From: Lentisphaerota bacterium
GTDB taxonomy: Bacteria; Verrucomicrobiota; Lentisphaeria; Victivallales; UBA1829
Length of the DNA stretch: 58,896 bases
NCBI GenBank assembly: GCA_015061565.1
Contig: SUWI01000003.1
Location: forward strand, 1-58,896
Direction of reading: 5' to 3'
Under the pieces are notes generated by a model, which searched no databases, had not been told where the DNA came from, and worked only from the letters and a program-made list of their open reading frames with translations. Numbering within the stretch: position 1 is the stretch's first letter; each line of letters opens with the position of its first letter. Shown here piece by piece: positions 49,430 to 58,880 of the stretch. Position numbers and translations under genes: made by a program.

Positions 49430-49798
49430 ATGAACAGTAAAGCATTTCGGGAATCGACCGTGAAGCTCCTGCGGAGGGTAATCTCGCCCTGGATGGAGGA
49501 GGGTATCGTTTCCCGTGACGAATTTAACGCTATCTTTACATACTGTTCTGCGCTGGCCAAGTCAGGAGCTGGTCCGCCAGAGGTAAAGCCAAAGTTCATA
49601 CGAGGTCCCGAGGCGGCAGAACTTTTGGCCATCAGTTATGCCGAGTTCAGGAAGCTTGAAGCTGAGGGTGTGTTCCCCTTCAAGCGGAGGGTGTTCGGAA
49701 AAAACGTCCGTTACTACTTTCCGGACATCGTTGAATTTATGCAGGCCGGTGGCCAGAATGTTGATTCGAAAAATGAGGAAATGACGAGAAATGAGTAG
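49430..49798 (+). CDS. Excisionase/AlpA-like HTH protein
   Basis: 'FIRGPEAAELLAIS....RKL..EG.FP.......VRY...DI..F'. GGAGG RBS. Confidence 0.75.
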   Translation: MNSKAFRESTVKLLRRVISPWMEEGIVSRDEFNAIFTYCSALAKSGAGPPEVKPKFIRGPEAAELLAISYAEFRKLEAEGVFPFKRRVFGKNVRYYFPDIVEFMQAGGQNVDSKNEEMTRNE

Positions 49799-51167
49799 AC
49801 CTGATTTTCCTAGAAATCCGGAAATTGAAATCCGCACCGGACCGCCGTTTGTCCGGTGTGGAAAACAATATTTCCGCATCAACGCCCTTTATTTTGCGGA
49901 GCGGTTCATCCACTATCCCCTCATCAAAATTTATGATGATGGTTGGTTTCGCTGGGGCGGGGAATGGACAAAAATCAACGAGACGGATGTTCTGAACGAT
50001 CTGGAGGATTTGATCATCCAGGTTCGCATGGAATACGATCAGGAGGGGATTCCATTTTCCGAGTCTGATTTGCGCACGGTGCTGCAGATTATCAAGCGGA
50101 AAGCGTATTGCGGCCCCATGCCGAAGATGGATCCGGACATAATTCCGGTGGCGAACGGTGTCCTGCGCTGGTGCCCGGCGCAGCAGGATTTCGAATTCAT
50201 CGAATATTCTCCTGACATCATGGTTTTTAACCGGATGCCGATCAGCTCCGATCCGGCGGCCACAGCTCCGCAGTTCGAAGCGGTGCTTCAGGAAATCATA
50301 CCCGATGCGGAGGACCGCCGAGTGGCGCAGGAATATCTCGGTGCGGCGCTGTTCTTTGAAAACCGCACTCGGAAATTCCTGCTTTGCCTCGGCGAAGGAG
50401 GGTGCGGAAAAACCATCCTTAGTTTGTTTCTGATCGCTATTATCGGAAAAGATCGGACGATGGAGTTGAATATGTCAAACGTAAAAAATCCTTATGAATT
50501 CTCCAGCCTGACAACGCAGAGCCTGCTGACCGCGCCGGAAGCGGTCAGTCGGGCGCTGTGCACCGATGGCGCGGAGTGGGTCAAGAAACTTGTGGGTGGT
50601 GATTTCTTCCAGATCCCGCGAAAATTTCAGAACACGCGGGTGGACCATTTTGGCCATTTCAACTTGATCGTTATGTCGAATCACAAGCTGCGGTTTCGGT
50701 ATGAAGGCCGCGGCGACGAATGGCGTGATCGGGTGATCCCGATTTTCTTCGACAGACATATCCCTGAAGAACGCCGAGAACTCGGACTGGTCGATCGGCT
50801 CATTCAGGAGGAAGGACCCGGCATTTTCAACTGGTTCCTGGAAGGTGCCAAACGCGTTCGGCGGAACAATTGGAGGATCACGCTCTCTACCGTCCAGCGC
50901 GACCGGATCGATCGTCTGCTGGCACTCAGCAATCCGATGACGGTTTTCGTTCAGAATCACGTTGTCCGGTCTGCCGGGGATCATTTCGCATCTGCCGATG
51001 CGTGGAAGTGTTACGTAAAAATCCGGTCTGGTGCGGGTTTGCCGTCCCTTGAGGAATCCGCTTTCTATAAACAGTTTTCGAAAGCGATGGGTGAAATCTA
51101 CCAGGCCACTGGCGTGAATTCGCTGCCCGGGAAAAAGCGGGGCTACAGGGATTTCAAGCTGAAATGA
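49791..51167 (+). CDS. D5-like SF3 helicase (P4-family primase C-terminal part; no primase domain)
   Basis: D5_N 'IPVANGVL', Walker A GEGGCGKT, 'KKLVGGD', motif C 'MSNH' and 'E..GIFNW..EG'. Confidence 0.88.
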   Translation: MSRPDFPRNPEIEIRTGPPFVRCGKQYFRINALYFAERFIHYPLIKIYDDGWFRWGGEWTKINETDVLNDLEDLIIQVRMEYDQEGIPFSESDLRTVLQIIKRKAYCGPMPKMDPDIIPVANGVLRWCPAQQDFEFIEYSPDIMVFNRMPISSDPAATAPQFEAVLQEIIPDAEDRRVAQEYLGAALFFENRTRKFLLCLGEGGCGKTILSLFLIAIIGKDRTMELNMSNVKNPYEFSSLTTQSLLTAPEAVSRALCTDGAEWVKKLVGGDFFQIPRKFQNTRVDHFGHFNLIVMSNHKLRFRYEGRGDEWRDRVIPIFFDRHIPEERRELGLVDRLIQEEGPGIFNWFLEGAKRVRRNNWRITLSTVQRDRIDRLLALSNPMTVFVQNHVVRSAGDHFASADAWKCYVKIRSGAGLPSLEESAFYKQFSKAMGEIYQATGVNSLPGKKRGYRDFKLK

Positions 51168-51266
51168 AAAAATACTACGCACGCGCACGATAAGATTGGC
51201 CAAATAACCGTATTTGCCGTCGTTGCCGTCGTAAAACAGGCCATTTCGGCCGGAAAGGAGAAGATC

Positions 51267-51695
51267 ATGACGAAAAAAAAAGAATTGGTGCCGGGGAAAA
51301 TCACCCGGCGTGAAGACAATGATCAGCCGGTCATCGAACCGGAAATCATCGAACCGGAAGTCGTCGCAAGTGGCTCCCGGTTGTCACGGGACCACGAATC
51401 CCATCGGGATTTTGGGCAGTCGCCATTTCCACTGACTTCGGTAAAATTGGCATCCCTCGTCCAGCGGTTTGACGTCTTGGGACCGATGCAGCTGGGGGCA
51501 TTTTATCCGGCGATTCTGCGGGGGGAATGTTCGTTGCTCCTGCCGCAGCCGGTTTACGGGTTCAACGATTGGCGATTTTTCGCCCTGTTGTCCACGTGGA
51601 ATTGGAATTTCACGTTTTTTAAGTGCCGGGCCATCGGGGAGGTTCTGGCATTGTACGAAACCATGAGGTGTAACAATGCTGATTACAAAAAATAA
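51267..51695 (+). CDS. Hypothetical protein
   Basis: AAGGAG RBS; overlaps the next ORF. Confidence 0.65.
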   Translation: MTKKKELVPGKITRREDNDQPVIEPEIIEPEVVASGSRLSRDHESHRDFGQSPFPLTSVKLASLVQRFDVLGPMQLGAFYPAILRGECSLLLPQPVYGFNDWRFFALLSTWNWNFTFFKCRAIGEVLALYETMRCNNADYKK

Positions 51696-53238
51696 CGGGG
51701 ACGACGCTTTCGTGCAGGGGATCGATACGCAGTCTCAGGTGGCAATTTGGGCGATAAACCATCTCAATTCGCGGCAGATTTCGAAACTGGGCCTGACGCA
51801 CATTCCGGGTGGCGCGGCCGACGCATCCGGCATGAAAATACTCCGTGACACGGGATGCGGCCTGACCCTGGAAAATAATATCGCAATTGAACCGATAATT
51901 GTCCCTCTGGACGGATCCCAGCCGTTAGCGCCGACTCTCCCCCAAAGGGAGTTGTATAACGTCCCCGCGAACAATATTTTGCTGGCACTCAATGACATGA
52001 CTAAAGGGTTCGATCCGGTCTATACTGCCAATAGTCTCGGATTGTTCAAGCGGATCATGGATAAAGTGTCCGGGCCGAAACTGTGCCGCGAATTCCGGGA
52101 ACCTCAGATTCCGGTTCCCGGCCTTTTCAACATGGAATGCCGCGATGCAGAAGGTAATTTTACGGGGCGGTACGTCCTGTTCAATGGATCTGTTTTCGAG
52201 GCGAAAATATTCAAATACACCGACTCGCCGGACGGCGCATATTTCCACTTTGCTCCGAGCAAAAGTGCGATTTATATCCCGCAGAATTGCAATGGCTGTT
52301 TCACCACGAATGCAAATATCGCTGTCTGCAATCCCGGTATGGGCTGGCTCTGCACTGCGGACGGGGTGGAGAACCTGGACTGGGAGATCATCCGGCGCTT
52401 CGGTAAAAGCGCCCGGCTGACCTGGACCGTTTTTCCGGACGATCCGCTCCTGACCAGGAACAATTTCGCCGAAGCTTTTGCCATCGTCACCGAGGCCAAG
52501 CGCCAAGGGATCGAAATGAAGATGCTCAAGGCAACGGCACGCGAGAAGAAATCTGGCGATTTCTGGGAAGCCGAAGAAGAATTACTCCCGGATCAGTCAG
52601 TCAAAAAGCTGGCCCGGAATTACGGTATCAGAATCGATCCTGTTTGGAAAAATGGTCTGCCTGGCGAGATTGACTTTGATGAAGAACCCCAGGTGCGGCA
52701 GGTGACGCCATTCTGGGATGGAAATATCTTTGCGGAATTTTACGGAAAAAAATCCGATGAATTTATGCTGGAATTATTCTCACTGGTGTTCTCCAATTGG
52801 GGTCCCTTCGACCGAATCTGGCTCATCATCGATAGTCAGGATAAGCAGTTGGCTCAAAAAGCCAGGCGAGCGGTAATGACTCAATTAAAAGTGGCGACAT
52901 TCGAGATTTTCGATGATTTGGAAGGCTTTCAAAAGGAAATCTGGACCGAATCCGATTTGATATTCATCGTTGCTCCGGAAAAGAGTATTCCTGACGGAGT
53001 GTTCGACAAGTGTGCGAATATGAACGTACCAATCGGGATTTTCTCCGGTAAAGAGGAGCAGAATTTCCTTCTGGAGGGGTATGGCGTGACAAAGATTATC
53101 GTAAAAAAATTCTCAGGTTCAGAAAGAGTTTTCTGTATTAAAAACATGAAAAATGGAAAGATCGAAAAATGCAAGTTCCATCTGGGGGCCGTGATAGCTA
53201 CTCCGGGAACGGAAGACGATATGAGCAAAGGAGAATAA
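51676..53238 (+). CDS. Hypothetical protein, possibly a degenerate Toprim + RecA-like fusion
   Basis: 520-aa ORF with a GAGGT RBS. 'LDWE...VFPDD' resembles the Toprim motif 'DWS.L.GR.V.IWPDND'. Confidence 0.6.
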   Translation: MLITKNNGDDAFVQGIDTQSQVAIWAINHLNSRQISKLGLTHIPGGAADASGMKILRDTGCGLTLENNIAIEPIIVPLDGSQPLAPTLPQRELYNVPANNILLALNDMTKGFDPVYTANSLGLFKRIMDKVSGPKLCREFREPQIPVPGLFNMECRDAEGNFTGRYVLFNGSVFEAKIFKYTDSPDGAYFHFAPSKSAIYIPQNCNGCFTTNANIAVCNPGMGWLCTADGVENLDWEIIRRFGKSARLTWTVFPDDPLLTRNNFAEAFAIVTEAKRQGIEMKMLKATAREKKSGDFWEAEEELLPDQSVKKLARNYGIRIDPVWKNGLPGEIDFDEEPQVRQVTPFWDGNIFAEFYGKKSDEFMLELFSLVFSNWGPFDRIWLIIDSQDKQLAQKARRAVMTQLKVATFEIFDDLEGFQKEIWTESDLIFIVAPEKSIPDGVFDKCANMNVPIGIFSGKEEQNFLLEGYGVTKIIVKKFSGSERVFCIKNMKNGKIEKCKFHLGAVIATPGTEDDMSKGE

Positions 53239-53242
53239 ACCA

Positions 53243-54307
53243 ATGAACACAACAGTGAAAAAAGCAAAGTCGATCCTGGACAAATTCGTCAAGAACCAGC
53301 TCGCCGGAGGTGCTTCGCAGCCTGTGATGCTGTGGGGCCCTCCGGGGATCGGGAAAAGTGACATCGTCAAATCGGTCGCCCAAGAATCCAGTATCGAACT
53401 GCGGGACATCCGTCTGGCTCAGCAGGACCCGGTTGATCTCCGCGGCGTGCCCACCGTAGAGGCCGGTCAGACCAAGTGGGCGACGCCGAGCTGTTTCCCG
53501 ACCGATCCGGAGTCAGCTGGAATCATCTTCCTGGACGAACTCTCTGCAGCCGACCCATCCATCCAAGTCGCAGCCTACCAGCTCCTGCTGGATCGGCGAA
53601 TCGGCGAATACATCGTGCCGTCCAAGTGGATGATTGTCGCGGCTGGCAACCGAGCCGAGGACAATGCGGTCTCTCTGCCCATGTCGTCGGCACTGGCGAA
53701 CCGGATGATGCATCTTGAACTTCATGCCGAACCGGAGGAATGGGCCCGGTGGGCAAGCGAACACGGTCTTGATCCTTCGTTGATTGGGTTCATCCGTTTT
53801 CGTCCGGAGATGCTTTTCGCTCCCGGCGAGAACTGTGAACGCGGCTGGCCTTCGCCCCGCAGCTGGACAAGCGTGTCCAAAGTCCTGGAAATCGGTCTTG
53901 ACGATGACGAGCTGTCCCCCTGTATCGCAGGCCTGGTCGGGGATGGGGCCGCGGCGCAGTTCCTGGCATACCGCAAGCAGTTCAGGGCACTGGGCGATGT
54001 GCGGGCTATGATGCTCGATCCAGGCAAGCCGCTCAAGCTTAACGACAGAAAGCCGGATGTTTGCTACGCGCTGGCCTCCGCACTCGCCTACTGGGTGGGG
54101 CGTGGTTCCTCCCCGGAGGAGACTTCTCTGCTGCTCGACGGCTTTTTCCGGCTGTCTATGTCGCTGCCTGCGACCTTTGCTGTGTTGGCCATGATTGACG
54201 TACTGGAAAAAGATAAAGATGGGGTTCTGTCCGAACAGATGACCGCGCATCCCGATTTCACCGCGTGGCAGGCCCGTTTCGGTAACAATCTGAACAGGCG
54301 GAGATGA
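53243..54307 (+). CDS. MoxR-like AAA+ ATPase
   Basis: WGPPGIGKS, 'DLRGVP', FLDEL, 'AAGN', 'ALANR' and 'PSPRSW'. Confidence 0.92.
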   Translation: MNTTVKKAKSILDKFVKNQLAGGASQPVMLWGPPGIGKSDIVKSVAQESSIELRDIRLAQQDPVDLRGVPTVEAGQTKWATPSCFPTDPESAGIIFLDELSAADPSIQVAAYQLLLDRRIGEYIVPSKWMIVAAGNRAEDNAVSLPMSSALANRMMHLELHAEPEEWARWASEHGLDPSLIGFIRFRPEMLFAPGENCERGWPSPRSWTSVSKVLEIGLDDDELSPCIAGLVGDGAAAQFLAYRKQFRALGDVRAMMLDPGKPLKLNDRKPDVCYALASALAYWVGRGSSPEETSLLLDGFFRLSMSLPATFAVLAMIDVLEKDKDGVLSEQMTAHPDFTAWQARFGNNLNRRR

Positions 54308-54311
54308 ACCG

Positions 54312-55733
54312 ATGAATGGACACGATCCTTTTGGGGTGCTGGTCCAGGAGGACCGCATGGAACTCCTCCTCCGGTATCCTTTTCTCGGGCGGGTCATCTG
54401 TCAGTGCGAACTGGTGCCGGTAAAATCGCCGAATGCGCCGGTCGCATGTAACGACTGCCGCCGCATCTATCTTTCGGAAACGGCATACACGACGCTGTCT
54501 CCTGATGCCCGCTTGCTGGTCCTGGCACACGAGGTCCTTCATATCACACTGCGCCACGCCTTCCGGAAGGGAAATCGCGATGAAGAGCGTTTCAGCTTTG
54601 CCGCCGATGCGGAAATCTTCCCCTTGCTGCGCGGTGAGTTTCCTCAAGCGTTACTCCGAGGGTATAAAAAAGCTTGGGACGGCTTGACTGCCGAGGAGAT
54701 CTACGAGCTTCTGCCGAAAAAACCTCCGGAAATGCCGCCGAAACATTACTTTCCAATGATTACGCCGGATGCCAATCCCATACGCATGAAGGATGGAATT
54801 CCCCTCGGCGACAATGGTGATTCTCGCAATGATTCCGATGACGTCATGTCCCCCAGTTCCGGCTGTGATGAAGCGAGAGAACAGAATGAAAATACAGAAT
54901 GCAGAAATAATCGATCTGGAAATCCGAAAAATGATACCAATGAAAATAATCCGGACGAGGGCGGTGATCAGACAGGCAAAAAAACTGGTGATGCATCAGG
55001 CAACAGCAATGGGACTGGTGACCGCAGCACCAATGGCAGTGCCGGGGAGTGTGCGGGTCAGTGTGATCCGCAGCCTGCCTTTGATGCCGATACCGAGATG
55101 TTCTGCCGTCAGCTTTCGGCCGAGGCTGAATTGGCGCTCAAGACAATGGGCGGCAGGGGCAATGATCCCGGGAATCTGCTCCGGCTCCTGGAAAAAATCA
55201 ACAATTCTCACGTCGACTGGAAGAGCCTGCTGCGTCAGTTCATTCGCGAGGTGCGCGGCGGTTCTTACCGCTGGCTGCCGCCCAATCGCCGTTTTATATC
55301 CAAGGGGCTCTATCTCCCAGGCCGTAGGCAGAAGATGTTCCGGGGCGTGGTCGCGCTGGATACATCAGGAAGTACCGTCGAGGCTCTGCCTGATTTTGTC
55401 GGCGAGGTGGAGCGTCTGATGCGTTCGTTCGGTAAATTCGAGCTGACGGTCATCGAATGTGATGCTAAGGTCGGTAACGTCACGTTGGTGTCCTCGAATA
55501 CCCAGCCGCACGACTGGCGCAAGCATCGGTTCAGCGGTGGCGGCGGGACCGACTTCACCCCTGTCTTCGAATACATCAAGGGCAAAAGGATCCGGCCCGA
55601 TGTCCTGCTGTTCTTCACGGATGGGGATGGGTCCTGTCCCCAGGCGAATCCCGGCTATCCGGTTTTGTGGCTGCTTACTGAAAACGGTGAGCCTCCCGTG
55701 TCGTGGGGCGTTCACATAAAAATGAAAGGCTGA
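54312..55733 (+). CDS. DUF2201-like putative metallopeptidase + VWA protein
   Basis: HEVLH, a low-complexity N/D/G linker and a MIDAS (DTSGS, GGGTDF, FTDG). Confidence 0.9.
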   Translation: MNGHDPFGVLVQEDRMELLLRYPFLGRVICQCELVPVKSPNAPVACNDCRRIYLSETAYTTLSPDARLLVLAHEVLHITLRHAFRKGNRDEERFSFAADAEIFPLLRGEFPQALLRGYKKAWDGLTAEEIYELLPKKPPEMPPKHYFPMITPDANPIRMKDGIPLGDNGDSRNDSDDVMSPSSGCDEAREQNENTECRNNRSGNPKNDTNENNPDEGGDQTGKKTGDASGNSNGTGDRSTNGSAGECAGQCDPQPAFDADTEMFCRQLSAEAELALKTMGGRGNDPGNLLRLLEKINNSHVDWKSLLRQFIREVRGGSYRWLPPNRRFISKGLYLPGRRQKMFRGVVALDTSGSTVEALPDFVGEVERLMRSFGKFELTVIECDAKVGNVTLVSSNTQPHDWRKHRFSGGGGTDFTPVFEYIKGKRIRPDVLLFFTDGDGSCPQANPGYPVLWLLTENGEPPVSWGVHIKMKG

Positions 55734-55736
55734 AAA

Positions 55737-56615
55737 ATGGAAGATGATAAGAAAACATGGGAAGATCTGAAGAATGCAGTCCTGAGCGGCATTATCCCTG
55801 ACCATGATGGGAACTTGCTGCCGGAAGACACTCCCCTTGCCGACAAAATAATCCTGCTTGAGCTGGCACGGAAGATAGCCATAGCCAGCGGACTGGACCT
55901 CTCTACTCTTGAAACACGTAAAGACTTCGCGGAATGGGTTACAGACAGACGACCTGATCCTACACGGAATCAGTGGCTGTGGCTTTACTGGAAAATTGGT
56001 CCCAAACGTCATGAATGTCCTGTGGATAAAATCGTCGGCATCATGGCCGGACGAGATGCCCTGCTGCCGTTCCTTCGGTCAGCACCCGATCTGCGGCTGG
56101 CCGGATGCTATGAAAAGTTCTTCGAAGGTGATACGGATGACGAACCGGCTGATGAACTGCCATACCCTCAACTTGAAGAGGCCATCAAGAGTGATATCCC
56201 GGCCAAGCTGAGTGTCTTGCGCCTTATATGCCGGGGTGTTACCGATGAGCAGCTGATGGACCGTGCTGTGACCCTGGGGAAACCTGCAGTCGCCTGCTCC
56301 CTGCTGAAATCGTTCCCGTCAGAACAGCGGATTCCAAAGCTTGTGAAAATCCTGCGGCACTGGGAAAAACCGGAAGAACTGATCGGCAAAGCGGTGGCAG
56401 CGTTCGGTGACGAGCTGGTCTCCTGGCACGATGATTACGGCAACGGCTTCTTCTGGTATCTTTACGCCCATGAAAAACCGGTCTTCCCAGCGGTCATCAG
56501 CGCTATCCCTGAAACGATCATAGACGCCACTTGGGAACGGCCTAATCGCTATGGGATCGCTCCGTCCGATCTGTGGAGCTTTTACCGGGAAGGATTGGTT
56601 CTGCCGAAGAGCTGA
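55737..56615 (+). CDS. Hypothetical protein, possible degenerate ankyrin-like C-terminus
   Basis: Starts 3 bp after the VWA gene. 'DDYGN' and 'NRYGIAPSDL' resemble ankyrin hairpins. Confidence 0.6.
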   Translation: MEDDKKTWEDLKNAVLSGIIPDHDGNLLPEDTPLADKIILLELARKIAIASGLDLSTLETRKDFAEWVTDRRPDPTRNQWLWLYWKIGPKRHECPVDKIVGIMAGRDALLPFLRSAPDLRLAGCYEKFFEGDTDDEPADELPYPQLEEAIKSDIPAKLSVLRLICRGVTDEQLMDRAVTLGKPAVACSLLKSFPSEQRIPKLVKILRHWEKPEELIGKAVAAFGDELVSWHDDYGNGFFWYLYAHEKPVFPAVISAIPETIIDATWERPNRYGIAPSDLWSFYREGLVLPKS

Positions 56616-56617
56616 CC

Positions 56618-57268
56618 TTATGAATCTGCCCCTTCTGCTTCATCGTGGAAGGGGTTTTTTACTTCTTTGGGGAGTTTTCCATACTGCGATATGAAGAACT
56701 TGCGGGTGGTGCTGGGCGTGGTATCTTCTGAGATGTATTTGGTGACGTATGCCATCTGCCGGATCATCATGCCTCTGGTGGCCTCAAAGTCTTCCGTCCC
56801 CCTTGACAGCATATAGCCGTTAGGACGCATATTCCCGTCTTTATCTTTGGTGCAGGGATAGACCAGCTGCCTCTCGTGTATATCCTCCTGCGTCATCCCC
56901 AGCGCATTACCCCAGTGCCTCTCTGCCTTTTCGATGATCCTCTGTCTGCTTTCGTGATTCTTCGCGTTGGTTACAATATCAAGATGGTAGTGCTGATGTG
57001 GTTGATCCTTCTGTTCTCTTCTGGCTATATACTGCGGATCATACCCCTCCCTTCTCAGTTCTTTCGTTAAGCCTTGTAATGTTCTGGAAAAATCTCTGTT
57101 GCTTCCATCTGTCTTCATCTCCTGCGGGTATCTGAAATCCATTCTCGTCTGCATCACTTTCCTATGTTTCCGGCTCATGGTATCCAGCAATTCCATTCCT
57201 TTTTCCAGATAGCGTTTGTAGAAACTATATCCAGTGTCTTGCTGTTCAATAATCTTTTTCCTTGGCAT
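56618..57268 (-). CDS. YagK/YfjJ / Inovirus Gp2 family HUH-like endonuclease
   Basis: 'RMDFRYP', 'YIARREQ...HYH', 'W.NAL', 'AYVTK' (candidate catalytic Tyr) and 'RKFFIS'. AGAGGA RBS. Confidence 0.8.
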   Translation of the reverse strand: MPRKKIIEQQDTGYSFYKRYLEKGMELLDTMSRKHRKVMQTRMDFRYPQEMKTDGSNRDFSRTLQGLTKELRREGYDPQYIARREQKDQPHQHYHLDIVTNAKNHESRQRIIEKAERHWGNALGMTQEDIHERQLVYPCTKDKDGNMRPNGYMLSRGTEDFEATRGMMIRQMAYVTKYISEDTTPSTTRKFFISQYGKLPKEVKNPFHDEAEGADS

Positions 57269-57854
57269 CGTAATCCTCTGTCTGTTAATCTTTTCTTTTT
57301 TATTCGAATCTCATATGTAAGGTTCTGTTGTTATGTCATGAAGGGTGTTATTCATGGAAGTGTTATTCATTGATGTGTATTATATAGAATCCCCCCTGCC
57401 GTATATGCTCAATTGCACCTTGATTTTGATTCCCGAGTTAGTTCCCGTCATATTATACCTGCTGCGAAGATGTAAGACCAAGGCTTTACTCCGGCAAGTG
57501 AACCTGCGCGTAGGTCATTGTGGGGAGCCGCGCAAAACAATGGAACTGATCTGAAAACTGTCTGTATGGAATATAACGTCGATCCTGAAAGAATCAGCAA
57601 ATCAGATTGCTGGCGAATGACGCACGAATCAAACAAGCAATCCGGCTATGAGAACTAAATCCGGTGAACTTGTCGGAGTTATTTTCACCATCTTTACAGG
57701 TGATATTGGGTTGGAAAGCTGCCGTTGGATTTCCCCAGCTGGGGAAGCAATGGAGACTCTTAATGTTCCAATCCGCCAAGTTGTCCATTTAAGAATTTTG
57801 ATCTCTACTGCCGACCTCTTCCCTTTTCGAGGGGAAGAGGCCGGGGTCCTTTTG

Positions 57855-58340
57855 TCATAAGGAGCGGGAATATCCAAAAGTGTGCTGGTAAAAAGGCGTC
57901 GTTGGGGAAACTGGAATCGGGGGAAATACATTTGATAACCAGGTCTCGATATCGGGCAGGACGCACTGATTGACCGAAACGCTGCTGATTATACGAAGCC
58001 GAGCTGAACCGGGTAAAAGCCGGAAAACGATCTGCTGGATGCACCCGGGAGGGCAATCGTAATGGCAGAGGAAGAGAATATATGCGTCTTGTGTAGGATT
58101 GTATTGCCAGCAGTATTGAGGCTGGACACCCTTGCGGAGAAGAGTGATCCGGAGCGCATTCAGATAACTCCGCAGCGCCTCTTTGGAGATGCCAGACAAA
58201 CGAAAAATTTGAAGCCGGACCGAACCGAACTTCTGGACATAGCGCGTCATTATTTCCGAAACTCTTGCTGCTGCCGGGCTGCTTTGCGGGATTGAACTTG
58301 CTTCCATGCAGCGGGCCATCTCGTTTTCAATTTCGTCCAT
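57855..58340 (-). CDS. Hypothetical protein, probable catalytically dead YagK/Gp2 paralog
   Basis: 'LLRKGVQPQYCW' aligns with 'LRREGYDPQYIA', and 'TTPFYQHTFGYS' with 'TTPSTTRKFFIS'. The HUH and YxxK motifs are absent. Confidence 0.55.
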   Translation of the reverse strand: MDEIENEMARCMEASSIPQSSPAAARVSEIMTRYVQKFGSVRLQIFRLSGISKEALRSYLNALRITLLRKGVQPQYCWQYNPTQDAYILFLCHYDCPPGCIQQIVFRLLPGSARLRIISSVSVNQCVLPDIETWLSNVFPPIPVSPTTPFYQHTFGYSRSL

Positions 58341-58502
58341 TTTTGTCCCTTTCATGTTGGTGTTCATAAAATGACTCCCGGCTCTGGAATTCACTGCTTC
58401 TAAGCTCGAAAATCAGCTGTTGACAAATCTTTTTACAAATGTGTTTGATTATTATATGCGGAATGAACCGCATAAAAAAAACATCATTAAAGAGGTGCGA
58501 TC

Positions 58503-58880
58503 ATGCCTACAGTTGAAATTCTCAAGAAACGCGTCGGGTCCAGCGGAAATTACACCACGATCAAGGTGACCAGTGAGATCGCGTTGGACGATTCGGCGGA
58601 ATTCAGACGGATTCAAGCACGGATGAACCAGTTATTGGACGAGGAACTGACGAAAGATCAGCCGAGACGCTTTATCCAGATGGATCCAGCTCCGCAGGTT
58701 CAGACGCGGAATTCAAATGAAAAGACCGCATCGGAAAAACAGGTTCGTTGTCTGAAAGCGATCATCCGTGAACAGCGGCTTTCAGAGGAAGATATCTGCC
58801 GGGAAAATCATGTCGAAAGCCTCGAAAAACTTCCCGGCAAGACGTGCTGGCAAATCATCAACGACCTGAAAAATGGATAA
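58503..58880 (+). CDS. Hypothetical phage/MGE-type small protein
   Basis: GAGGT RBS and a C-terminal 'ASEKQ...L......II..L' helical motif common in mobile-element proteins. Confidence 0.65.
   Translation: MPTVEILKKRVGSSGNYTTIKVTSEIALDDSAEFRRIQARMNQLLDEELTKDQPRRFIQMDPAPQVQTRNSNEKTASEKQVRCLKAIIREQRLSEEDICRENHVESLEKLPGKTCWQIINDLKNG

Noticed and set aside
51331-51360. 15-bp duplication TCATCGAACCGGAA(A/G)
   Set aside because: It is an in-frame coding repeat (IEPEIIEPE) with no sign of an independent role.
56618-57268. Filamentous (inovirus) prophage
   Set aside because: No Zot/pI ATPase or small coat genes are visible, and this family is common in non-phage islands.
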